In this document: in pieces, positions 1 through 12,598 of the stretch
How the letters are laid out: each line of letters opens with the position of its first letter
Numbering within the stretch: position 1 is the first letter of the stretch
DNA from: Octopus bimaculoides
Taxonomy: Eukaryota
Direction of reading: 5' to 3'
NCBI RefSeq assembly: GCF_001194135.2
Contig: NC_069006.1
Coordinates: 21,960,621 to 22,024,620, forward strand
Length of the DNA: 64,000 nucleotides
Notes under the pieces: model-generated
Databases searched by the model: none
Seen by the model: the letters and a program-made list of their open reading frames with translations, nothing else
What the model was told of the DNA's origin: nothing
Translations under genes and position numbers: made by a program

Positions 1-523
1 AAAAAAAAAAAAAAAAAAAAATCGGAACAATTCTTCAAATGGTATTTTAGTAATTTTGTTGCCGATATTTAAAAATCGTATTACACTACTCCCTTATCAG
101 TTGCACGCTTATTATAAAAGAACAATATTATTATTTATATTATCATCACCATTAATATCATTATTATTATTGTCAATATCATTATTATTACTATTAATAT
201 TATTATTATAATTTTTAATATCATTATTATTATTATTACTATTATTATTATTATTATTGGTCTGTACCTTTAAGCATATCTATTCCATTTTAAATTTAAT
301 TTTGCAATCAATTAATGATAATTTTTTTGTGTTTTGTTTTATTTTTAATGTTTTTTTTTATATTTTATTTAAGATTACAAGTTTTATCTTTAAGCGAATC
401 AAAGACAAATTAAAATTAGCTCTTTGATAAGTGTCTTAATCTGAGAGAAAACCAATGTTGTTAAAGTTAGGTTGTCTGGGTTACCATACCAAAGTAGAAT
501 TTAAGTTGCACTATTTCTTCAGA

Positions 524-627
524 TTCATCATGATCATCAGCATCACCATCATCACTATCGTCATCACCATCATCGTTATTATTATCATTATTAGTATTAT
601 CATCACCATTATTATGATTATCGTCAT

Positions 628-668
<41 letters not shown>

Positions 669-690
669 TCACCACCAACCATTACTATCG
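524..690. repeat. (CAT)n/(TAC)n trinucleotide microsatellite
   Basis: Direct runs of catcat/tactactac. They explain the poly-I/T ORF 455..766 and the poly-S/D ORF 467..958. Confidence 0.95.
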
Positions 691-1120
691 TCAAATTTGT
701 TTGAAAGAAAAACTTTTTGAAATTTATTTTGTCTCTTTGTTTACAATTGAATATTTGAATATATAACTTTTTCTTTTCATTTTTGAAATTCTTTTTTTTT
801 TCCAAAAAATAATGTTTGTAAAAGGTTAGGAAGCTAAAATAGATAAGTTGAGTGAATTCTCTGAGTGAATAGTTCAATGGTTTATCTGTTTTTCTTTTCC
901 TTTTTTTTTCTTCTTTTTTTGCTAATGCTATAAAGATTCTACTGAACATCCATAACACAAAAGAGAAGAGAGAGAAACTTTTGTGGAGTAGTTTACTAAC
1001 GGAATGTTGTCAAAGATAAGATTAGACTGATTCAAAGATGTACAACTAATTATCTTTTTTATTTTTTTTTTTTTGCTTTTTTTCACTTTCTGATACAATA
1101 CAAAAATTAATTAAAATACA

Positions 1121-1510
1121 TCATTGAGCTGATGAGAGATTTTCTACGTGGTTGCTCAACCTGCTAAACATAACAGCCAAATATGTCTCTCGAAATCCAC
1201 ACACCCTATTGAAGGATACATTGGCAAGAAAAAATAATGTGAGAAGCCATAGATGGAATGTCTTTCATCTCATTGAGCTGATTGGAGAATTTCTACATGG
1301 TTGTTCATCCTGCTAGAAATAACAGCCAAATGTCTCTGGAAATCCACACACCCTATTGAAGGATACATTAGCTAATGTACTTCTAGATATATTGTGGGTG
1401 AGAAAAAAATATGGGAAGCCACAAATGGAATGTCTTTCATCTCATTGTGCTGATTGGAGAAGTTCTACATGATTGCGTTGCATGCTAAAAATAACAATGA
1501 AATGTCTCTG
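1121..1510. repeat. Tandem array (about 2.4 units, 149 and 172 bp) of a dispersed retroposon-tail repeat (family D)
   Basis: Units start tcattg(a/t)gctga at 1121, 1270 and 1442. The core ctgctagaaataacagccaaat recurs in diverged form near 3390, 27170 (reverse), 55595 and 57440. Confidence 0.85.
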
Positions 1511-2524
1511 TAAAGTTGAATTTGGCAGAATTTGAACTCAGAATGTAAACCAGGAGAAATTCTGAAAAGAATTTTGTCTGACATACTGAAGATTCTGCAA
1601 GTTATTTTCACAATTACTTACAAATTATAATTAAACTGATTTCTAAAACTACTACCCACAAACAATTACCAAAATATTGTTATATTTTGGGATGATCATT
1701 TATTTTTCTTGTCAAGTAAACATATGCACTATATATTTGTTCTTCACTTGTTTATTATTATTATTTTTTTTTTATGTCCATTCTGGACTAAACAAAACAG
1801 GAAGAGACATGTGGGATGGAAGAGTCACTGAGGAGATCACAGATGTGTGATGAAAGATTTCCAGACAATGGACATAAGATAAAATAAGAACAATAATAAA
1901 TGAGTGAAGGACAGAGTGCATGTGTTTATTTGACAAAAAAGAAGGAACAAACAAAAGGAAACAAAACAAATGGCCATCCCGAAATACAATATCTGTTTCA
2001 ACACACGATTTCATATCAGGAATCTTGGAAAACAAATTCATAAACGTAGTTACCAAACATTCAATAACTCATTCTCAGTTTATATTTTCTCAGCACATGT
2101 CAGCCTCACAAAGCTGAAATGGTATTTTGAATATTTTGGTAATAGCAGGGGCTGTTTAAAATTTCCCCTACAATTATCTTAACTACAAATGTTTGTAATT
2201 TAATTCCAGGCAACAATATGCTTTGTAATTTAATTCTAGCTAACCAACAAAAGTTCAAGTTAAACATTTCAGGCCCTAATGAAGTCAATATAATTAATAC
2301 TTTGACTTCATTAGAGCCTGAAAAGGCACAGGCCTGTGCCTTCTTTTTTAAAGAACTACATAATAAAATAAGAGATAATTTCAATTTTAAAGAATATTTA
2401 GCTTCCTTTAAAATTCAATTCTTGAAAGAAGAAAATTACATTTTTGGTCGTGAGCTGTACTAGTTCTGCAAGTGATTTGATTTGAGACCATGTTTTGAAA
2501 ACACACAAAGACTGTTAACTTCAC

Positions 2525-2741
2525 TTAACACTTTTGTTACCATACTTCAGTTAAATTGTCTCCATTAATTTTTTAGATAATGAAGATTTTAATAAAATAA
2601 CTTTCTCATTGTTAAGCTGGGATCTGGAACAAATTAGCATAAAATTTTGATGGAAGATTATAATTTAGACCACTTTAAGACAGTAAGTTTATGTCATAGA
2701 ACCTGGGGCAGCTTTAAGTGGATTGGTATCAAAAGGGTTGA
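2525..2741. mobile_element. piggyBac-like MITE (P1), full length, about 209 bp
   Basis: TTAA-cacttttgttacca ... tggtatcaaaaggg-TTGA. The TIRs are about 14 bp and imperfect. The same body occurs four times at 15748-16573. Confidence 0.7.
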
Positions 2742-3544
2742 ACAAGGCACAGGAGTCTAAATTATAATCTAATTATAACATCATGGCTAACATCAATAAC
2801 ACTAGCAAAAACAGCAACCTGTTACTGGTTCAAGCCAATCAGGGAACTTGTCAGTGGTTGGTCAAGTTGTTTGAAGTTGTAGCTAAATACCCCTCATATG
2901 ACACATTACTGCCTTTAGAAGAGGAAGGATACAGTAGATAATATAGTCTAAGATAAACTATGCTAAGAAAATTTATATAAAAAAAACCCAGCATGGCTAC
3001 GACTTGAACTTATATGCTTACCAGGATTAACCTGGGGCTAAAAAACAATAGAAGCTGCCAGCACTGCCACTACCAGCACCACTACCACTCCTACCACCAT
3101 TGCCAGCAGCAGCAATACCACTACCACCATGGTAACTGCTGGTACCACCACCACCACCACCACCATCAATTACTGTCACGTTAAGTTTAAAAGTTAAACA
3201 AATTGCCAAATTATTTGGTTTCACATATTTCTGATAATATTGATCTCTTGAGACCAGCAATGTATTTATGTTTTCTGACGATTAATCCGATAAACTGATT
3301 GATTTTAACCTATTGTCAACAAAGGATGCTGACAAAAAATATAACATAAAACACAAATATTGAGCCTCCATGTAGTCACTTTTCAATATGCTAGAAATAG
3401 CTACCAAATCTTCCTTAAATCACAAAAAAAGAACAGAAAATAATGTAGTCCTGAATTATCATTTGATGCCCAATCATCTCTACTTCCTTAGAAAAATGTT
3501 TTTGCCACATTTAAAAAAATAATTCTTTCTAATTTTGGTACTGT

Positions 3545-3760
3545 GGAGGAGTATGGCTAAGTGGTTAGGGTATAGTCATAAAATCGTAGTTTTAATTCCT
3601 GGACCGGGTGATAGGTTGGGTTCATTTCATGTTGATCCAGTCAACTGAGCTGGCAAAAGTGAGTAATCTTGCGACAGACTGGTATTCCATCCAGGTGGGG
3701 GTTAATATATATGCCATGGAAACTGGCAAACTAGCCCTATAAGTCTGTATGACTCAGGGA
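3545..3760 (+). mobile_element. tRNA-head SINE, degenerate
   Basis: A-box-like tggctaagtgg and B-box-like gttttaattcc. The head is homologous to the copies at 33905, 50401 and 54992. Confidence 0.6.
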
Positions 3761-3779
3761 GAATCTTTATCCTCTGTCC

Positions 3780-4215
3780 TTAATTTTGGTACAAGACCAG
3801 CAAATATGAATGGAGTGGGGTAAGTTGATTACATCAACCCCAGTGCTCAACTAGTACTTATTTTATAGACTTTGAAAGGATGAAAGGTAAAGCTGATTTC
3901 TGTGGGATTTAAGTTTAGAAAGTAAAGAGCCAGAAGTGCCACTAAGCATTTTGCCTGATGCATTAATGATTCAGCCAGCTTGCTGCCTTCATAATGATAA
4001 AAATTCTTTCTAATATTGGCACTAAGCCAGCAATTTGGGGAGGAAGGGTTTTAGTTAATTACATCAACTTTTGTATATGACTTTATTTCATCAACCCCAA
4101 AAGGATAAAAAGCAAAGCTGACTTTGGCAGAATTTGAACTCAAAAAGTAAAAGAACCAGGAAAAAATGCTGCCAAGTCTTTTGTCTGACATGCTAACAAA
4201 TCTGCCAGTTTTCTA
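3780..4215 (-). mobile_element. Two tandem copies of tRNA-derived SINE family B
   Basis: Both carry gattacatcaaccccag...tacttatttt...aaaggatgaaagg...gaatttgaactc...aagcattttgcc, which recurs at 6780, 7018, 16697 and 48037. Confidence 0.9.
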
Positions 4216-4733
4216 TTCTTTATTTGAAAGAAAAAAAGGAAAGAAACGTAATAAATTTTGAATATTTAATTAAAAATGAAATACGAAACTAAAATAGAAA
4301 ACGCTTACTCATATTCAATAATTACAAGCAATTTGATGAATGTTCATTAAAATTATGCAATTCTTATCTAACCTTGAACCTTATGCTCCAATATGAAATG
4401 AGAAAAATTAAGGAGTAAAATGATAATTTTGCTTGCAGGTCACAATGTTCACAGATGTTGTGGCATTGTCTATTTTTAGTCAAAAGCCCATAAGTGTTTG
4501 AAATTAGATGATAGAAAATGGAACTAAATTCTATAAAGCATTTAATGCATTGTTTCAATGATTTTGTATTCTGATTGACATGTTGATCCCCTTTTTACCA
4601 AGACATTATTTTTAATTCACCAGCGCAATTCACATCCCACTGTATAACTCGTTGAACATATATATGCTACCCAATCACAAAACAGATAGTCATCACCCAA
4701 TGCTATAATGCCACCCAAACACACAGTCTACTC

Positions 4734-4825
4734 CAGTGGTTCTCAACCATTTATTGACTATGGACCTCTTTGATTCCGAGTTTACTCGTGTGGACCTTCA
4801 TAGCCAGTCGATGTTTAAATAATTA
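4734..4825 (+). mobile_element. Left end of a hAT-like (Charlie/MER5-type) non-autonomous element
   Basis: Begins cagtggttctcaacc, a typical hAT terminus. No matching right end was seen; it is interrupted by a SINE at about 4826. Confidence 0.4.
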
Positions 4826-4975
4826 ACATGCAAGTGGTTGAGCACTCCACAAACACGTGTACCCTTAATGTAGTTCTCAGGGAGATTCAGCATGACACAG
4901 AATGTGACAAGGCTGGCCCTTTTGAATTACAGGTACAACTCATTTTTGTCAGCTGAGTGGACTGGAGCAATGTTA
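4826..4975 (-). mobile_element. SINE 3' portion
   Basis: gcaagtggttgagcactcc...cagctgagtggactggagca is shared with 58170-58290 and 55190-55210. Confidence 0.7.
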
Positions 4976-5679
4976 GAATGGGACATCTGGGTGCAACTGT
5001 TTGTATGCTGATGATTTGGCATGGCTGAATGGATCTGCATTTATTTTGGCAGTGGAAGTAAACACACACAGAAATATATCATCATTATCATTATAAATAA
5101 GGGAACTATAATATAGAAACTTCTAGTTAACTATTGGAAATAAAGCTTTGCATAAGGACGACACATCATATAAGATACAAAAAAAAAAAGATAGAATCAA
5201 AACAAAATTCCAAATATACTAAAGGAGAAATGGAGGGAGAAAAACCACACCATGGCCAATACCCTCCATGACTTGACAGAGAGGAAGTAAGTCAGTGTGA
5301 AAGCTAACAATGGTTCAAAAGCTCTGGGATAAATGTAGAAATGGAAGGTCTAATTTTAGTGGTACAGGATCAATGCCAACCATAAACAACTATAGGAATG
5401 AAATAATGAAACAACAGGCTAACAACGAATGTAGACTGTTAACAGCACAAAAATAATTGAACACACCATTTCTGGCAGTTCAAAGACAGAACATATACAC
5501 TTATATACACTTACACAACTGAATCAACTGCTGTGTCCACTGGGTAATATGCCAACATATTGATGTGAAAACTGAGAAGTGGTATAAGCATGCACTAATC
5601 GTGTATGTAAATGAACTGAATAAAAGAGCATGAGATAGGTTTCTTCAAATTCTCAAGGAGACCAGAGCAAACTGTCCAT

Positions 5680-5842
5680 AGGCATAGGTATGACTACACG
5701 GCAAAGAAACTGACTTTGCAACCATGTGGTTTCTGGTTCAGTCTCACTGTACAGCACTTTGATCAAATGTCTTCTACTATAGACCCAGGTTGACAAATGC
5801 CTTGTGAGTGAATTTGGAACATGGAAACTGTGCGAAAGTCTG

Positions 5843-5882
<40 letters not shown>

Positions 5883-6295
5883 TTGTGCCTCCACCACCAC
5901 TTGACAACTATGTTGATTTGTTTATGATGGAATGCTGAAAAGTTCCTGGTTTTGGGTAAAAGAAAATACAGGAGGATCTGTTAATTATGATTTTATCCAA
6001 CATACTCCCCACTTGGATTCAAACACTTATTGCAGCAATCTTTCAGTTTTTCTAAGCCCGGTAAAAAAAAAAAATGAGACAGTTGGGCCTCCAGCCAGGC
6101 CTTTCGTGATACCCTTAAAGCCAGGAACTTTTCAGCACCATCTCGTATGCCTTCATAACCTAGTATTTCAATAATGGAAACCAATGGTATAAGAAGTAGA
6201 CTTAAAAACATATGTACTAGAGTCAAACTCTTTGACTGAAACCCTGTTGAGGTCATGCCTCAGCATGGCAGCAGTCCAATAACTAAGATAAAAGA
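5680..6295 (+). mobile_element. tRNA/CORE-like SINE family A with an internal (TG)n microsatellite
   Basis: Head ...aaatgtcttctactatag...ccttgtgagtgaatttgg, then (tg)n, then tail ttgacaac...cagcatggcagcagtccaat. There are more than 15 related copies in the window. Confidence 0.9.
5923..6147. mobile_element. Mariner-like MITE (221 bp) with TA target duplication
   Basis: TA-tgatggaatgctgaaaagttcctggttt ... aagccaggaacttttcagcaccatctcg-TA. The core of the TIR has 17 identical bp (tgctgaaaagttcctgg). The host SINE is continuous when the insert is removed. Confidence 0.9.
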
Positions 6296-6673
6296 TATCA
6301 TATCATCAAAGATGAGAATGAGATTTGCTGTACTTTGATAGATAAGTTGATTTTTCTGACTAAAGAATTGCCTGGAGGAAGATGAAGAAGTTGTTAAAAT
6401 AGCAGAATCATAAAATAGCCATAAATGGGATGTGGGTTACAAAGGTATGGACACTAACACTATTGACTGGAGTACTAACTTCAATAAGAATGAGCAACAA
6501 GGAAAGCATAAACAACAATAATAGAGGCTTACAACTTAACACACAGTATATAAATAATTAAATAAATGAATAAATAACACATGCTCTGCATAGCCAACGT
6601 TCTATGAAGAACACTTTTTATTCTGAAGTACAATCCACAAAGTACACTTTCAGCACAACCCACACAACAAACT

Positions 6674-7230
6674 GACTTTGGTAGGATTTGAACTGAAAAT
6701 GTTATGAACTAAAACAACTACTGCAAGGCCATTTTCTCAATGATCTAATGCTCCTACCAATCCACCTTAATAATAATAATGGTTTCAAATGTTTCCACAA
6801 GGGCAGGAATTTTGGGTGAGGGGTTAAAGTCAATTACATTGACCCCAGTGCAAAACTGGTACTTATTTCATCGACCCTGAAAGGATGAAAGGCAAAGCCA
6901 ATCTCAGCAGCATTTGAACACAGAGCATGAAGACAGATGAAATACCACTAAGCATTTTGCCTGGCATGCTATTGATTCTGCCTGCTTGCTGCCTTAAGAA
7001 TAGAAATAATAATAATAATTCTTTCTACTATAGACACATGGCCTAAATTTTGAGGGATAGGGTTAGCTGACTACATCTACGCCAGTATTTGACCGGTATT
7101 TTACATTATCAACCCAGGAGGGATGAAAGACAAAACTGACTTTTGCATGATCAGAACATAAAAACTTGGAGCAAATGCAACAAAGCATTTCATCTGATGC
7201 TCTAACAATTCTGCTAATCTACCACCTTAA
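6674..7230 (-). mobile_element. Head-to-tail array of three SINE family B copies (one partial) joined by (TAA)n
   Basis: Copies at about 6674-6775, 6780-6995 and 7018-7228, with taataataat spacers. Confidence 0.85.
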
Positions 7231-7251
7231 TAATAATAATGATGATGATGA

Positions 7252-7282
<31 letters not shown>

Positions 7283-7305
7283 AAGACGATGACGACGATG
7301 AAGAA
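7228..7305. repeat. Compound (TAA)(GAT)(GAA)n microsatellite
   Basis: Seen directly. Confidence 0.95.
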
Positions 7306-9206
7306 TGTTAATAATATTAATTATTATTCTTATTAAAATACCAAACATCAAATGTTTCAGTTTTTATTTTTATATTTTTGCTTTTTTTTTATTGTTAAAC
7401 TTCTCTAATTTCACATATAACACTTATTTAATCAAATTCTATTTCCACTCAGTATTTGCAATTCCACTTCAACTTGTTATCACTTGCATTTATTAAAAGT
7501 TGAACCATAATTTGTGTGGTCTATCAAAGCAACTTGTACGTGCTTGCTCTTTGATCTTACTAATGTTAATATAACCACTATACAAAAGAATTTTCCTTCA
7601 ATAGAGTTTCATCTAATTAAGCAAACACGCCAGTCTATTTATTAAGCTTCCATCATATTCTGTAACCATCTTAAAATTGTACACCCCAACATCATTTATG
7701 AATCTTTTATATATATATATATTTTTTTTCTTCTTTAAAAATCCTGTAACATCTTTTCTCCTTGCCCCCTTATCTCACTTCACCTCACCTTTCACATTTT
7801 CCTTCATGTCTATGATTTGTAACTATACAATATTTATTTTATATCACCTGCAATTTTTTTTTTGTATTATTGCTTTTTTTTTCTCTCTCTCTTTTAAACT
7901 CAGGTTTAAGAGATTCTTTTAAAAAATTTTCTAACTTGTTTAATGAATTGAAAATTTATTAAATGATGATAATTAAAATAATGTATTCATGAAGATATCT
8001 AAATTATAGATTTTATGTTTCATATTTTTTCATGTTAATATGTAAATTTTATTATTTTATTTTCATTTTTGCATTTTCTGGTAAGTTCTAAAATAAATTA
8101 TCCTTATTATTAATCATATTTTATATTGGAAATGTGATTGACATACTTTAGAACAACTTTCGATACACAGGACTCCCTCAATATTACATTAGAATGAATG
8201 GCTTTTTCTAAAAGGAATTTTTGATAATCTTATACTTTAGAATTAATTATAACGTAGACAACCATAATTAAAACTAGGCAAATCTCTTTAAACTGGATTC
8301 TTTGAAAGGTCTTGCAAATTTCTGTGTAAGTTTTCAAGTATCACTTCATTTAAATGAGCAAACTTTTTTTCAGTTTAATTTCAAAATTTGTGATTACAGA
8401 TAATTTTAATATATTTTATTCAACTTTTTTTGTTTTGTTTGATTTTTTTTTTTTTTTGATTTTGCAATAGAAAATTTTATATATTCAAGTGAGATCTAAA
8501 AATTTGCAAATGAATAATTATTTTTGCCATATTCTAGAATCGATAACTTCATTGAATTTTTTCCTCTGTTGTGATGTGATGTGATCTTCTAACGACTCGC
8601 AGATTAAATCGTAATAAATTTCTGCATCTTATAAATCATAATTTGATCAAGATATTTCTTTCTTTGTATGGTAATCTCTCAGCAGATATGAGGAGTTACA
8701 TACTAGGACAAGTAGTTATCACGCTATCTGTCGTGTAAGAAGTGAATCTGATTCTATTATGACAGAATTTGTTAATAACGATCATTTACAGATAGTCTAT
8801 GATAGACAATGACAAGAAATTTCTGACACAAGCATTTAACAAATTTAATTTTGTATATGGGATATGTAAATGTAAACGTCTGCTAAGCTTGTGGGGTTTT
8901 TAAGGTTTAGTGATTAACTCCAGTTTTATTGTGTTAAACAGATAACTGCTAAATCTTCCTCATGGGTGCACAAAGACATAAATGTTATAAAAGTGGTTTA
9001 TAATCTCACTCCTATTCACTTCTCTTCAGCTCTAGACAGGCTTCAACAAACTTCCAGTGGGTAATCTTTCTCCACAAATATGATAACTATATGGAAGAAG
9101 GTTTACAAACAAGAAACCTGATCTAGAGGCAAAGTGAATCACGAGATTTTAAATAGACTCCATCACATAGGTTAAGTTCATTATTACCTTTCTCTGTGTG
9201 TGTATA

Positions 9207-9240
<34 letters not shown>

Positions 9241-9242
9241 TA

Positions 9243-9440
9243 TGAGTGGCAACTTGGCAGAATCATTAGCATGCTAGACAAAATGCTAAACAGCATTTCA
9301 TCCATCCTTACATTCTGAGTTCCAATTCCATTGAGGGCAACTTTTCCTTTCATCCTTTTGGGGTCAATAAAATAAGCACTGGATTCAATGTAATCAACTT
9401 AATTACTCCTGGGTAAGAGAATGAAAACTGTGCCCCTTTG
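9243..9440 (+). mobile_element. SINE family B
   Basis: ttggcagaatcattagc...ttctgagttccaattcc...ctttcatccttttggggtcaataaaataag is the reverse complement of the B core. Confidence 0.85.
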
Positions 9441-9639
9441 CAAAGCCATGTTGAGCCAGTGTGGTGGAGCAGACTCATCAAACAGTGTGATCTCAAGTTC
9501 AAATTCACATTAGACCGTGGTTGGTGGAGAGCACATGCCAAAGCCTTCATCTTGTAGTGAAGTGAATATAGACAATTCAATCCAATATATATGTACGCAC
9601 ACACATATATGTATGTATTTATATACAGATAGCTACATA

Positions 9640-9900
9640 GGAGAACAGGGATGGTAGGAGCAATCAGAAAACAAGCATCAGATAGTGAAATTAGACAGAA
9701 GAATATAAAGTGGAGAGCAAGGATAAACCACCTATTGGGTGCAAAGAAAAGAAAACCAAAATGAATGCACAAACACAGAAACTGGTCAAAATAAATGGAC
9801 AGAATATGATTTCATAAGTATGAGAGGACATGAAAAAACCCCTTTTAGCAAGAACCATATATAACCTATAACATGAATAATAGAAAGCTTTGTAAAAGCA
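9640..9900 (+). pseudogene. Possible highly decayed RTE-like LINE ORF C-terminus
   Basis: SDSEIRQK..KWRA..H and NWSK*M...PLAR loosely match the RTE RT C-terminal pattern. It needs several frameshifts. Confidence 0.3.
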
Positions 9901-10270
9901 ATAAATGCTTTAAAAAGATCATATAATGATCAAATGTGATAGTTGGAACGGATCAATAGACCAAAGATTGAACCTGCAACGACAGGGTTGTAAAGAGTAA
10001 TTTCAGTCATTTGACAACAGCCATGCTGAGGCTTCACCTTCAATGCTATATAATCAATTATATCGATCACAGTATTTGTAGTCTGGGAAGTTATCTCAAC
10101 AGTAGTAGTAGTAGTAGTGAAGTGGACCATATGCTTGATCCATTACACTTAGATGACAATTGTCTACGCTGTCCACACGACATTTTAATTACTTCCCCCA
10201 AATTGAACATAAAAACTTTCTCCTCTGCTTATTGTCCATCATATAATCATAATTTTACAATGGAAATTTG

Positions 10271-10313
<43 letters not shown>

Positions 10314-10578
10314 CAATAAGTCAGACAGACAATGAGAAAGAGAAGGAAAACAAAAACGAAAAGAAATGAAACCAACACAAAAATATAAAGGAAATAAAAA
10401 TAAAAAAAATTTCCGGCACAAAAAAATTTAAAAAAAAATAAAACCCCACCTCAACAAAAAAAAAAAAAGAAAATAAATAGTGCCGCTATTTAAGTCGTTA
10501 ATGCCAAACTAAGATTATATTAAGCTTGACAAAAGTAAAGAATATAGATTACAATATACATACTTGTGTATGTGTGTG

Positions 10579-10634
<56 letters not shown>

Positions 10635-11264
10635 CATATATATATTATATAAATACATACATATACACATCTATGTATATATGGTAAAAGAAGGGTGATC
10701 ATGTGTGACAATATTTATTGCAATATAACTTTCAACTAAGTCATTGTAGTATTAAGAAATAATGCATTATGCCAGCAGCTTTTATTATTATTATTATTAT
10801 TATATATGCTATTACTATTATTGTTAATATTATTATTATAATTATTATTTATTTATTTATCCACTTTTCAATAGCTGGAACAATAATGTGGAAATATTAT
10901 TTTATCATTTCAATGTAAAAAGAAAGGAAAAGTGATTTTTTTTTTCAATTTTATTTTATTAAATTTTTTCTTTTTTTTTTTTACTGAAATAAAAAAAAAA
11001 ATTCAACTGAAGCATTTTAGTGATAGATAGGAGAGGAAGATGATGATGAAGTAGCAGGAACAGTAGGCATGCTGACACTACCAACAGTGCCAGCAGTCAG
11101 TTCCACTGGTGCCAGAAACGGTAACATTAAAAGTACTTACCATTATTATGTTGTTCAAAAACAGATTTATATAAGCTGCGGAATGATGCACTCAAATTTT
11201 CTGGCGGTGAGTTTTCTTCCATGAATGGTAATGACTACAAAAGAAGAAAACAGCAAAGCTAATA

Positions 11265-11292
11265 CATATATAGATATATATACATACATACA

Positions 11293-11325
<33 letters not shown>

Positions 11326-11356
11326 ATATATATGTATGTATATATACGTATGTATG

Positions 11357-11428
<72 letters not shown>

Positions 11429-11530
11429 CACACATACATGCATACATATACATATATGCACATACACACATATATAAGTATATGTATCTATATACATATT
11501 ATAAATATTTATATTCATATATATAAAGAG
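11265..11530. repeat. Compound (TG)n/(TATG)n/(TA)n/(CA)n microsatellite
   Basis: Seen directly. It is the source of five YI/CV-repeat ORFs. Confidence 0.95.
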
Positions 11531-12543
11531 TTGAGACAGTAAATATTTACCAAGGGAAACAACATAAAAGGTCTGGTGTATTAAAATGAATATAAATTAA
11601 GATGTGTGTGTGTGTGTGTGTGTGTACATTCATATACATATATGTACACATACAGAGGTACATATGCAATATGAATGCATACATATATAAGTGGCTGTAA
11701 GCAAGCATATATCTCTATACATGTATGTATAATAAAAAGTTACAATGAATTGATAAAAATAAAAGATATATGTTAACAAAATAATAAATAATAAAATATT
11801 TATTAAATAATTTTAGTTTGCAACCAACAGATTATAATAAAAATATATAAATGTGATTAAAACATCACACATATTTTCATAAACTCAATAATTTCATATA
11901 TTCAAGAGTACCGTAGGACACATCTATACACTGACAGACACATAAGCTTACATATATATATATATATACACGTACACACACACACACACGCAGATATATC
12001 TGCAGACAACCATTCAATTCCATTTGCTTTACGTCTATATTTCCATGCCTGCATGGGTTAGACAAATACATTCCTGAGGCATTGTTTTAGAACTGGGTAC
12101 CCCACTTTTTTTTCCACCTCTTTTTCAAGTAAAAGATTTCTTGTTCACTTTGACTTCAAAGGCATGAAATGAGTGGATGATTTGAAAACAACACTGCTTG
12201 TACGTAACAAGTTTGGAGAAACGACACATAAAAAAACACACAGACACACTTAACAACTGGCACATACACACACACTTGCAGACATACATCTTGCATATAT
12301 ATATATATATGTGTGTGTGTATCATCATCATCATCATTTATAAATGTTCTGAAAACTATTGACAGCCTTGGATTTTTTCATCTCACTCTGTTCATTTTTA
12401 TATATGCTTGCTAATACATGACCTACGTTGGACTCCTTATTCATATCATTATCAAAACTATAGTCTGTCCATAGCACTTACTCAACATTATCTGATACCT
12501 TTGGGTCTTCTTGACACCAATACCTCTCATACCCTATACATAC

Positions 12544-12598
<55 letters not shown>

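Larger units (their letters stand above)
5150..6690 (+). pseudogene. Decayed R4/Dong-like non-LTR retrotransposon (C-terminal zinc-knuckle and RLE endonuclease region), split by a SINE
   Basis: Hand translation with stops and frameshifts: EKPHHGQY...QWFKSSG..EMEGLILVVQDQ, ECRL...IEHTISG, VHWVICQH..EKWYKH, KETRANCP | IIKDENEICCTLID, IAINGMWVTKVWTLTLLTGVL, ANVL*RTL. The motif order is collinear with R4-clade ORFs. Confidence 0.8.

Noticed and set aside
455-958. ORFs of 103 and 163 aa
   Set aside because: They are translations of (CAT)/(TAC) microsatellites and A-rich DNA with no domain-like sequence.
1129-1225. Hammerhead-like CTGATGA-GAGA...TCTC-GAAA-TCC...GGATA
   Set aside because: Stems II and III can be drawn but stem I does not pair. 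The neighbouring tandem units lose CTGATGA, so this is probably coincidence.
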